DNA from: a virus
Taxonomy: Duplodnaviria > Heunggongvirae > Uroviricota > Caudoviricetes
Reading direction: 5' to 3' (one strand)
Length of the DNA: 64,000 nt
IMG/VR virus record: IMGVR_UViG_3300042905_002309
Location: 169,278 to 233,277 of that record
Position 1 is the first letter of the stretch; each line of letters opens with the position of its first letter. The position numbers and the translations under genes were made by a program. Below, one piece after another: positions 1 to 6,695 of this stretch. The notes below the pieces were generated by a model. That model did not search any database, was not told the origin of the DNA, and was given only the letters and a program-made list of their open reading frames with translations.

Positions 1-98
1 CCAAGAAGTATTTGGATTGGGTTAAGGGTATACGTGGTAAGTATGATGAAGAGAATGATGAATATGAGTATGGGTATGATGAAGGTTGTGCGCCATGA
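1..98 (+). CDS. 3' end of an upstream gene (partial, start outside window)
   Basis: Frame +3 is open from the window edge to TGA 96-98 (..KYDEENDEYEYGYDEGCAP*). The stop overlaps the next ATG (ATGA). Confidence 0.4.
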   Translation, partial: KKYLDWVKGIRGKYDEENDEYEYGYDEGCAP

Positions 99-358
99 AT
101 AAACGTTTCAGAGAAGTAATTTATTGTAACGGTTGTAGAAAAGAGCTTGACATTAATAATTTTTTCTGTAGTGAATGCGGTGGATCGGTGATAAATGGTA
201 AAATAGATCGTTTTGCTGTTGCAGAAGAAATTTATATTGAAATGAAGAACAAGTTTGTTTGGTATAAACCTTCAACATGGTTCAATACTTGTTTTTGGCA
301 GATTATTCAGATTAAGGATTGTTACGGATATACGCTCGATTCGATAAGAAAACATTAA
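95..358 (+). CDS. small zinc-ribbon protein, hypothetical
   Basis: ATG 95 overlaps the upstream stop; the track start at 86 is an in-frame TTG. Has CNGC...CSEC cysteine pairs. The last codons (IRKH*) lie inside the next promoter cassette. Confidence 0.6.
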   Translation: MNKRFREVIYCNGCRKELDINNFFCSECGGSVINGKIDRFAVAEEIYIEMKNKFVWYKPSTWFNTCFWQIIQIKDCYGYTLDSIRKH

Positions 359-402
359 AATTTCACACAGCTATTGACATATGAACGGGTATATGGGAGA
401 CT
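346..402 (+). promoter_or_regulatory. conserved early-type promoter cassette (A-rich UP-like element, TTGACA 374-379, N17, GAGACT 397-402)
   Basis: Read directly from sequence. Same architecture as at least 10 other copies in the window. An ATG at 410 lies 7 nt after the -10 box. Confidence 0.7.
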
Positions 403-458
403 TATTCACATGGACAACGAAAGCATAGAAGAGTATATCAAGCGTAAAGGAAACTAAA

Positions 459-914
459 ATGAGTGTTGATCTAAGGACTTGTGTTAAGGGTGATAAGTTG
501 ATTTCAAAGCATGGAATGGTTCTGGAATATGTTGGGGTAACACCTGCGGGAAATTACAATGACCATTATGTGCAATATCCTGATGGGTCGAAAGGTACAC
601 GGACACATGAAGGATTCACATACAGGAATGTTGCTACACGGCTTGATACTGATCATGACATTGTGAACATTGTCAAGATTGTACCTAAAATTAAGATTAA
701 GTCTAAGGGACATCAGTTGTTCAATGTGCCTAACAACGAAGAGGGTAGAGAGTTCATACGCCTCATGAGGAAGTTCAACAACAAGAAACGCTTTGATTTG
801 AAGGGGCGTGGAAGTCGTTTAGTGTTTGCAAAGGCTACGAATGCTTACACGGCACAATGCAGTTTGCGTAAGTCTTATTCTGAATGGTTTGCTGTCTACA
901 CAAGAAAACACTAA
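459..914 (+). CDS. hypothetical protein
   Basis: 151-aa ORF with SD AAGGAAA upstream. No motif recognised. Confidence 0.65.
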   Translation: MSVDLRTCVKGDKLISKHGMVLEYVGVTPAGNYNDHYVQYPDGSKGTRTHEGFTYRNVATRLDTDHDIVNIVKIVPKIKIKSKGHQLFNVPNNEEGREFIRLMRKFNNKKRFDLKGRGSRLVFAKATNAYTAQCSLRKSYSEWFAVYTRKH

Positions 915-926
915 CAGGAGTGTATC

Positions 927-1196
927 ATGGATACATCGTATGAATGGGATTGGGAAGAGGTTGATACACACGGTGACATACTTGATCATAATTTTAGTGA
1001 TAAGCTCAAGAGTCAGCCTGAACCAGACAACGCACTAACACACTATGAATTAGTATTAGTTTACAATCGTGGTGATGATGTTGAAGGGATTGTTGATCGA
1101 TCATGGGCTTATGTACAGGATGGAAAGCTACCTGAAACCTTTCAGAATGGTATCAAGGTTCCTAAACGATTCCATGAAGAGATAAGAAAACATTAA
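927..1196 (+). CDS. hypothetical acidic protein
   Basis: SD AGGAG upstream. Ends EEIRKH* inside the next promoter cassette. Confidence 0.65.
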   Translation: MDTSYEWDWEEVDTHGDILDHNFSDKLKSQPEPDNALTHYELVLVYNRGDDVEGIVDRSWAYVQDGKLPETFQNGIKVPKRFHEEIRKH

Positions 1197-1240
1197 AATT
1201 TCATGCAGTAGTTGACATACTCATAGGGATGATGTAATCT
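1184..1240 (+). promoter_or_regulatory. conserved early-type promoter cassette (TTGACA 1212-1217, N17, TAATCT 1235-1240)
   Basis: GAAAACATTAAAATTTCA upstream element, then TTGACA-N17-TAATCT, followed by the conserved leader TATTGAAGTTGA. Confidence 0.75.
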
Positions 1241-1287
1241 TATTGAAGTTGAGTGCATCAGGTAACAAACACAAACGGGAGAACGGT

Positions 1288-1671
1288 ATGAACGATCTGG
1301 AAAATGTCAAAGTCGGTGATAAGGTTGTGGCGATTAAGTATGGGTTTGGTTGTCTTCCTAGTGAACATACTTATACGGTGACGAGTATCACGCCTAAACT
1401 TCTGGTATGCAAGTGGGGTAATGATGCACAATACGCCACACGCATCAATAAAGAAACTGCCAAGGAGTATGGTGGTGAGTGTCATTATAATCATTCGTCG
1501 TACTTTCCTGAAACACATCAAACAGTTATCGAGCTTCATGCCAAGAAGTTTGAGTTGATGAAGTTTAACACGTTGAAAGAAGGTATCACCACGGCTATCA
1601 AGAATTCGTCTTGTCGTGCAGGGTTGTTGGCTTCACTTGAAATGATTCTTGAAATGGAGAAAGGTTCATAA
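1288..1671 (+). CDS. hypothetical protein
   Basis: ATG 1288 is preceded by GGGAGA. The track start at 1243 is a TTG inside the conserved promoter leader. Confidence 0.6.
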   Translation: MNDLENVKVGDKVVAIKYGFGCLPSEHTYTVTSITPKLLVCKWGNDAQYATRINKETAKEYGGECHYNHSSYFPETHQTVIELHAKKFELMKFNTLKEGITTAIKNSSCRAGLLASLEMILEMEKGS

Positions 1672-1672
1672 T

Positions 1673-1930
1673 ATGTCTGATAAAGTAATTTTAACTGATA
1701 GTGTTGAAGATATATTAAAGAGTCATTTTGTCGGTAAAGTGATTTGGGACTTAGAATTTGGTACACGTACAGGTGAACGTTGGAAAGCTATTGGTCGGCG
1801 TATTGTTCGTATTGAATTAGGTGTCAATTTTGATGGGGATCGTGGCACGTTTGTTTATGTCGAAGGTATGGATTTTGGGGATGAAGGTATCTTTGTTCGT
1901 GGTAACGAATCAATTTATGTTGAGTACTAA
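1673..1930 (+). CDS. hypothetical protein
   Basis: ATG 1673 is 1 nt after the upstream stop, with GGAGAAAGG upstream. Confidence 0.6.
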   Translation: MSDKVILTDSVEDILKSHFVGKVIWDLEFGTRTGERWKAIGRRIVRIELGVNFDGDRGTFVYVEGMDFGDEGIFVRGNESIYVEY

Positions 1931-1935
1931 AAGAT

Positions 1936-2145
1936 ATGAAAAAAGATTTAAAAGAACTGTTTAAAGTTATGGTAGCTGATGGGTGGCGTGTCAACCATGC
2001 AACAAAGCATTTGATGTGCTATGCGCCCAACGGTAAGGATATTCTAACCGTTGCAGGAACTTCCTCAGACCGAAATTTGATTCGGGTGTTAGGTCGTCAG
2101 ATGAAACATCTTGGTTATGTTGGATACACAAGATATTACAGATAG
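1936..2145 (+). CDS. hypothetical protein
   Basis: 69-aa ORF in a dense co-directional array. Confidence 0.5.
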   Translation: MKKDLKELFKVMVADGWRVNHATKHLMCYAPNGKDILTVAGTSSDRNLIRVLGRQMKHLGYVGYTRYYR

Positions 2146-2150
2146 GATTT

Positions 2151-2396
2151 ATGAAACCACAAAGTCAAATAGCACATTACGATACTGAAATAGAATTATG
2201 TAAAGTTCGTATCGCTTACTGGTTAAGTTTTGCCACAAGTGAAACTAATTATAATAGAGTGGTTCAGAAGAATTATCACAGAAATCTAAATCGTGCAGAG
2301 CTTGAGAAAGAAGCTTTTGAGGTTGCAGAACGTCATATCGAGCGTATGCAACAGTTATCAGAAGCTAAAATAAAATTTATTGAGGAATTACCATGA
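2151..2396 (+). CDS. hypothetical protein
   Basis: SD AGGAT upstream; 81 aa. Confidence 0.55.
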   Translation: MKPQSQIAHYDTEIELCKVRIAYWLSFATSETNYNRVVQKNYHRNLNRAELEKEAFEVAERHIERMQQLSEAKIKFIEELP

Positions 2397-2617
2397 TAGC
2401 AATCTTAGGTGGTATAACACTGGTCTTATTTATAACACTTCTAATATGTTTTCTAGTTATCCGATTTTTACACAACATGTGTAAATCATATGAAAACATT
2501 GTAGATACCTATGAAATTATGGAATGTGACTATAATCGTCTAGTAACTAATTATGCACACTTAGCACAGAAACTAGAAGCTTACAAGCGAATCATTGATA
2601 CTTATCGTGAGGGTTGA
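2393..2617 (+). CDS. small membrane protein (one N-terminal TM)
   Basis: ATGA overlap with the upstream gene. Hydrophobic stretch ILGGITLVLFITLLICFLVI. Confidence 0.55.
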   Translation: MIAILGGITLVLFITLLICFLVIRFLHNMCKSYENIVDTYEIMECDYNRLVTNYAHLAQKLEAYKRIIDTYREG

Positions 2618-2618
2618 T

Positions 2619-3098
2619 ATGTGTAATCCAAAACATAAAACTATTACACAAATTTTTGTACATGATCCACATCCATATTCACAAGCTTCACTGATTAAGT
2701 TACAACGTGATTATCGGCTGTTGGATGTTGATTGTTGGAACTACAATAAAGATTGGCGCAGAAATTATCTATCGACAAAGGTTGATAAACATGGTAAGTT
2801 GGTATGTGAATATTGTGGTAAGCGTAATTTACAGATTAAAGTTAATGGTAAATGTAATCAACATCTATTAGCCACGGTTGACCATGTGCGCCCTCTTAGT
2901 AAGGGTGGAAGTAAGTATGATACGAATAACTTCAAGGTGTGTTGTCCTGCCTGTAACTTGTTAAAGGATGATAGGACATTGGCTGAGTTTATGATTGATC
3001 TTGAAGCTTCTGGTAAAATTATTCGAAAAGAAAAGTTAAGTATTTTGAAGAGATGTTTGACAAAGGTTAAGGGTTGGTATAAGCTTATTAACAGTTGA
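2619..3098 (+). CDS. HNH homing endonuclease
   Basis: CEYCG...DHVRPLSKGG...N...CCPACNLLK matches the HNH motif. ATG 2619 follows GAGGG. The last 18 nt are identical to the promoter leader at 12222-12239. Confidence 0.8.
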   Translation: MCNPKHKTITQIFVHDPHPYSQASLIKLQRDYRLLDVDCWNYNKDWRRNYLSTKVDKHGKLVCEYCGKRNLQIKVNGKCNQHLLATVDHVRPLSKGGSKYDTNNFKVCCPACNLLKDDRTLAEFMIDLEASGKIIRKEKLSILKRCLTKVKGWYKLINS

Positions 3099-3113
3099 AC
3101 GAGATAGACAAAT

Positions 3114-3200
3114 GGTTGTTAACCGGATCGTCTAAATTGGCTAGGACACTTCAATGTATTTGGAGAGACTGTGGGTTCGATTCCCTACCGATTAACAACC
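3114..3200 (+). ncRNA. aberrant tRNA-like element (possible decayed tRNA-Tyr GUA)
   Basis: GGGTTCGATTCCC T-loop; D-arm GTCT/GGAC with a TTGG loop; arm CTTCA-ATGTATT-TGGAG. However, the terminal stem is 13 bp, the T-stem has a bulge, and there is no CCA. Confidence 0.35.
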
Positions 3201-3203
3201 GAA

Positions 3204-3222
3204 GGAACGTTACGTGAAATCC
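3204..3222 (+). repeat. GGAACnnTnnGTGAAATCC motif, copy a (tRNA-trailer-like)
   Basis: GGAACGTTACGTGAAATCC lies immediately 3' of the tRNA-like element. Confidence 0.6.
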
Positions 3223-3370
3223 TCATTCAATTTGTGGTTAAAGGATTGTGAACGACTCGTAAGAATTGAAAACGATTTGATAACCACTTTATTTTCAGTG
3301 TGGTGTTCCAGAGATGAACATGACCCCTGCTTAGATCAGGTAGCGATTCGACGATGAAGCCACATTTAAT

Positions 3371-3449
3371 TTATTGAAGTTGAAACACAAAGGAGCGTGT
3401 CATGGATAAAGTAATCTGTAGTTGTTGTAAAGATCATGAAGCGGAACAT
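3371..3449 (+). repeat. 79-bp duplicate of 4644-4722 (promoter leader, SD and first 16 codons of the Cys-rich gene)
   Basis: 78 of 79 positions identical by direct comparison. The single difference is CAT versus CGT at codon 12. Confidence 0.85.
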
Positions 3450-3551
3450 TACGTGAAATCCCCTAATATTAATTTTGAATTTGTTGAAGAGATAGACGGT
3501 CATGGAACGAAGTACAAGGGAAGTTACTGGAACAAGAAACAACGTGTTTGA
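3402..3551 (+). pseudogene. chimeric 49-aa ORF made by partial duplication of the 4675 gene
   Basis: The first 16 codons equal those of 4675-4929. The sequence then diverges exactly at a GGAACAT/GTGAAATCC motif. Confidence 0.5.
3443..3461 (+). repeat. GGAACnnTnnGTGAAATCC motif, copy b
   Basis: GGAACATTACGTGAAATCC sits at the duplication breakpoint. Confidence 0.6.
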
Positions 3552-3555
3552 ATTA

Positions 3556-3579
3556 CGAACTCAATAGAAAGTGAAATCC
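3556..3579 (+). repeat. GTGAAATCC motif, copy c
   Basis: CGAACTCAATAGAAAGTGAAATCC, followed by ATTATTTTCAGTG as in copy a. Confidence 0.5.
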
Positions 3580-3621
3580 TCTTTAACATTATTTTCAGTG
3601 TCCGTACAATGAGGTAAAATT

Positions 3622-3828
3622 ATGGATGAATATTTCAAATCTGAGGTGATCGATCAGCGTGGTAAAACTTTTGAAGAGGTTGCCACGTTGGATGGTAGTA
3701 ATCGGTGTAAGAAGTGTGCGTTCAGTCAGTATGACCCTGTGTTTGATTGTCTTGCTGATGAATATGGTATGCCTTCTTGTGAAGATCGTCTTGATGGAAC
3801 TACTGTATATTTCAAGAAAGTGAGTTAA
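3622..3828 (+). CDS. hypothetical protein (Cys-containing)
   Basis: SD GAGGT upstream; 68 aa. Confidence 0.6.
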   Translation: MDEYFKSEVIDQRGKTFEEVATLDGSNRCKKCAFSQYDPVFDCLADEYGMPSCEDRLDGTTVYFKKVS

Positions 3829-3829
3829 T

Positions 3830-4045
3830 ATGAAGAATAACAATGATGATGAGAATATGGCTTTTTTGGGGTTTATTATTGGCCTTGGGTTAGGTATATG
3901 TGCAATGGTAGTTGTTGCAATAAATGTTGCTGATGGTGCGGAACATCGTCAGAAAGTAAAGGCTGTACAAGCGGGTGTTGCACACTGGAACACTGCCACA
4001 AGTGGTGAGGTTACATTCAGTTTTAACACTGTTACGAATAAGTAA
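3830..4045 (+). CDS. small membrane protein
   Basis: TM segment FLGFIIGLGLGICAMVVVAI. Confidence 0.55.
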   Translation: MKNNNDDENMAFLGFIIGLGLGICAMVVVAINVADGAEHRQKVKAVQAGVAHWNTATSGEVTFSFNTVTNK

Positions 4046-4054
4046 GGAATAAAT

Positions 4055-4348
4055 ATGTCTACACTATGGGGAAGCGTTGATGGTTCTATCCGTAACTTTA
4101 AGGCTATGGGTGATACACATTTGGCTAATGTTTTGTTGCATGTTCAACATTACAAGGGATATCCGATAACTATTCAGCATGAGATTTATAAGGAGATTGA
4201 GGCACGAGGTCTTTCAATGGAGTTTGTAAAAGGTGCGCCTTATCCTTGGAAGCATAAGCATACTGGCGAATGGTATATCTGGTCTTTTGATCGTGGGTAT
4301 GTTAAGAAGATTACAGAAGCAGAGGTTCTAGCGAGAGGATTAAAATGA
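4055..4348 (+). CDS. hypothetical protein
   Basis: SD TAAGGA upstream; 97 aa. Confidence 0.6.
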   Translation: MSTLWGSVDGSIRNFKAMGDTHLANVLLHVQHYKGYPITIQHEIYKEIEARGLSMEFVKGAPYPWKHKHTGEWYIWSFDRGYVKKITEAEVLARGLK

Positions 4349-4599
4349 ATTTATTTAATATATTTAAGAAAAAGAAGGTGGAAGTAGTTCTCACCGTTCC
4401 AAAGGGTTACGTCATTTTGAAGAATGGTATCGGTGAATATAAGTGGGAGAACACTAAAACAGGACGTAGTTCAGCCGATTACTCTTATGATATGTTTAAG
4501 AGTTATGATGAGGCTGTTCAAGATTTAATTAGAACTATTGAATGGTCAGAACGTTCCAGATTGCGTGATGTGTGGGAACGTCTTGATAAGAAAAGTTAA
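4345..4599 (+). CDS. hypothetical protein
   Basis: ATGA overlap with the upstream gene; SD GAGGA. Confidence 0.6.
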   Translation: MNLFNIFKKKKVEVVLTVPKGYVILKNGIGEYKWENTKTGRSSADYSYDMFKSYDEAVQDLIRTIEWSERSRLRDVWERLDKKS

Positions 4600-4644
4600 G
4601 TATTTCACAAGCCTATTGACATCTTAGTACACATGGTGCATACT
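4588..4644 (+). promoter_or_regulatory. conserved early-type promoter cassette (TTGACA 4616-4621, N17, CATACT 4639-4644, TG-extended)
   Basis: Read directly from sequence. Followed by the leader TATTGAAGTTGAAACACAAAGGAG. Confidence 0.75.
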
Positions 4645-4674
4645 TATTGAAGTTGAAACACAAAGGAGCGTGTC

Positions 4675-4929
4675 ATGGATAAAGTAATCTGTAGTTGTTG
4701 TAAAGATCGTGAAGCGGAACATACTGGTAAAATTGAGTGTGAAGGTGATGAAGTAAGTCTTTGTTGGTCTTGTATGTCTCAAAAAGAATTAGCTTGGAAT
4801 TATGATGGCTATTTCTGTTCGGATCACGAGACTTGTCATATGTGCGGAGGTCGTGCAACTTGGTGTTCGTGTTGTCAAACCTATTTATCACATTGTTGTC
4901 AGGATTATGGTACTTGTCAATGTTCATAA
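4675..4929 (+). CDS. very cysteine-rich small protein (16 Cys in 84 aa)
   Basis: SD AAGGAG upstream. Cys counted by hand in the translation. Confidence 0.65.
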   Translation: MDKVICSCCKDREAEHTGKIECEGDEVSLCWSCMSQKELAWNYDGYFCSDHETCHMCGGRATWCSCCQTYLSHCCQDYGTCQCS

Positions 4930-4955
4930 GGTTTGTTAAATAAAGGATTAATATT

Positions 4956-5210
4956 ATGGAAATCTTGAAAAGAAGTGATGATTTTTGGAAAGCACCAAAA
5001 GCAGTAGCGGTATCCGAAACGGATGTTATGCAGTGGATTGAACGCTCTATTAAGGAACTTCAAATTTATCCAACGCTTGAAATTGCCTGTGTTAGTTCAG
5101 GCAATAGGATGATAGAAGTTGAACGTGATGGATTTGATGAATCTGATAATAGACCTTTGTATAAAGCTTTTGTGTTTACTGATTACGAAATTTTCAAACT
5201 TAAAGGATAA
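4956..5210 (+). CDS. hypothetical protein
   Basis: SD AAAGGA upstream; 84 aa. Confidence 0.6.
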   Translation: MEILKRSDDFWKAPKAVAVSETDVMQWIERSIKELQIYPTLEIACVSSGNRMIEVERDGFDESDNRPLYKAFVFTDYEIFKLKG

Positions 5211-5214
5211 AATT

Positions 5215-5421
5215 ATGGAAAAGTCAGAAGTATGCAATCAATGTTTTCTGTTGTTTCACACACATCGATTATTTGAGCAATTGAGTAACCCTGCGTGTCC
5301 TATCTGTGGTCAACCTATCACTACTGGTGAATTGATTCACTTGGAACCTACTGGTGATGGGCGTATCATGTACTCACATGGCGAATGTTTTCACTTTGTG
5401 GACTCTGAATCAGCCGTTTAA
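5215..5421 (+). CDS. small zinc-ribbon protein
   Basis: ATG 5215 follows AAAGGA. CNQC...CPICG motifs. The track start at 5119 overlaps the previous gene. Confidence 0.6.
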   Translation: MEKSEVCNQCFLLFHTHRLFEQLSNPACPICGQPITTGELIHLEPTGDGRIMYSHGECFHFVDSESAV

Positions 5422-5476
5422 GAAAACATTAAAATTTCATAATCCTATTGACAAGTTGATAGGGATATGAGAGACT
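5421..5476 (+). promoter_or_regulatory. conserved early-type promoter cassette (TTGACA 5448-5453, N17, GAGACT 5471-5476)
   Basis: AGAAAACATTAAAATTTCA upstream element and TATTGAAGTTGA leader. Confidence 0.75.
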
Positions 5477-5516
5477 TATTGAAGTTGAACGAAAACTACT
5501 AACAAAGGATAATAAA

Positions 5517-5891
5517 ATGCAAAAGAGTTACAAAGCTTATAACGGAACGGAATTGACATTTGAGCGTGTGAAGTTCATTTTGAATCAAGGGAATTACATC
5601 GAAGCTATCAAGACGTATCGTTCTATCACTGGTGCGATGTTGAAGGAAGCAAAGGATGCAATCGATCAGAATTGTGCAAAGCGTAATCCTCAAGGTCAGA
5701 TGTACATTGATTATAGTAGTGCTGTGGCTTACTTTGAACCATTCTTCAAGCCTGATACGAAAGGGCTTTTGGAAGCTTTGACCTGTGCCATTGATAATTG
5801 GGAAACCTTGGGATTCGATTCACCTGTCAAAGCGTGTGAGAAGGTTTTGATTAATTTTGGTGCAAGTATTCATGCGCCTTGTGGATGTTAA
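5517..5891 (+). CDS. protein with a ribosomal bL12 (L7/L12) C-terminal-domain-like segment
   Basis: NYIEAIKTYRSITGAMLKEAKDAID resembles the remembered E. coli L7/L12 segment [25 protein letters not shown]. Confidence 0.45.
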   Translation: MQKSYKAYNGTELTFERVKFILNQGNYIEAIKTYRSITGAMLKEAKDAIDQNCAKRNPQGQMYIDYSSAVAYFEPFFKPDTKGLLEALTCAIDNWETLGFDSPVKACEKVLINFGASIHAPCGC

Positions 5892-5895
5892 ATTT

Positions 5896-6123
5896 ATGTA
5901 CGAACTTCATGGAACAACGCTTAACGGATTCTTCACGGATAGTGAATATTGGGATTGCTCTTGTGATAACAATTACATTCATAAGAAATCTTCTGGTAAC
6001 TATTGTCCAAATTGTAATAAATTTATGGAAGAGATGCCTGACAGTCGTGTACTAGAGATTCCTAAACACTATGGCGATTACTCTGATAAATATATTCAAC
6101 ATAAAGTTTATGAGGAAGCATGA
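5896..6123 (+). CDS. small zinc-binding protein
   Basis: ATG 5896 lies just after the upstream stop. CSC...CPNC motifs. Confidence 0.5.
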   Translation: MYELHGTTLNGFFTDSEYWDCSCDNNYIHKKSSGNYCPNCNKFMEEMPDSRVLEIPKHYGDYSDKYIQHKVYEEA

Positions 6124-6329
6124 TGAAGATTGGACAGAAATTTAATGTAGAGGGTGAGGGAACCTTCATCACAGAAGCTATTACTGAACCAGTGGGTGAC
6201 GATGTTGATGTGTGTGCGGGGTGCGTAGCTGATGGATTACCCTTATGTGGTAAGATGCCTATAGAATGCACAACGGATTCCGAAAAGGGTGTATGGTTCG
6301 TTTATAAGAAATTTGAGAAGAAGTCATGA
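6120..6329 (+). CDS. hypothetical protein
   Basis: ATGA overlap with the upstream gene; SD GAGGAAG. Confidence 0.55.
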   Translation: MMKIGQKFNVEGEGTFITEAITEPVGDDVDVCAGCVADGLPLCGKMPIECTTDSEKGVWFVYKKFEKKS

Positions 6330-6490
6330 ACACCATCGAACATAAGCTATTTCGTGAGATGTTAAATCTGAGTGAGGAAGCACTAACTTTTGCTCACAAA
6401 TCCCCCTACAAAGCTGAATATAAGCTTATTAAAAAGCAGTATACCAGTATCGTTAAGCGATATCAGAAGCTTATTCAAAAGAAAACCTGA
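6326..6490 (+). CDS. hypothetical 54-aa protein
   Basis: ATGA overlap with the 6120 gene. The stop lies inside the next promoter cassette. Below the track size cutoff. Confidence 0.45.
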   Translation: MNTIEHKLFREMLNLSEEALTFAHKSPYKAEYKLIKKQYTSIVKRYQKLIQKKT

Positions 6491-6526
6491 GTATTTATAG
6501 ACAACCATTCTACCTTGTGGCATACT
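6478..6526 (+). promoter_or_regulatory. early-type promoter variant (TAGACA 6498-6503, N17, CATACT 6521-6526)
   Basis: Same flanks as the cassette (AGAAAACCTGAGTATTT..., leader TTTAACAGTTGAAACACAAAGG). Confidence 0.6.
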
Positions 6527-6554
6527 TTTAACAGTTGAAACACAAAGGTTAAAT

Positions 6555-6695
6555 ATGGCAACAAAACGTAAAGGTACATTGGTAGTGGCGAAAGAATGGT
6601 GGAAACATTTGCGTCCATTCGGTAAGCGTAATACAGCAAAGCGTGAGCGTCTTGCGAGTAAAAGAGAGATTAAAAAGGATATCAAAGATGAATAA
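6555..6695 (+). CDS. small basic protein (46 aa)
   Basis: SD AAAGG upstream. K/R-rich. Overlaps the next start. Confidence 0.45.
   Translation: MATKRKGTLVVAKEWWKHLRPFGKRNTAKRERLASKREIKKDIKDE

Noticed and set aside
2597-2602. GATACTTAT upstream of the HNH gene as the missing -10 half of a disrupted cassette promoter
   Set aside because: No TTGACA-like hexamer occurs 17 nt upstream (TAGAAG instead). The segment is inside the coding sequence of the 2393-2617 ORF, so this is probably coincidence.
3114-3200. Calling this element a functional tRNA-Tyr(GUA)
   Set aside because: The T-stem needs a bulge. Position 37 would be a pyrimidine. There are 4 nt instead of 2 between the acceptor and the D-stem. 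The terminal stem is 13 bp and no CCA is encoded. It is kept only as a tRNA-like element or pseudogene.
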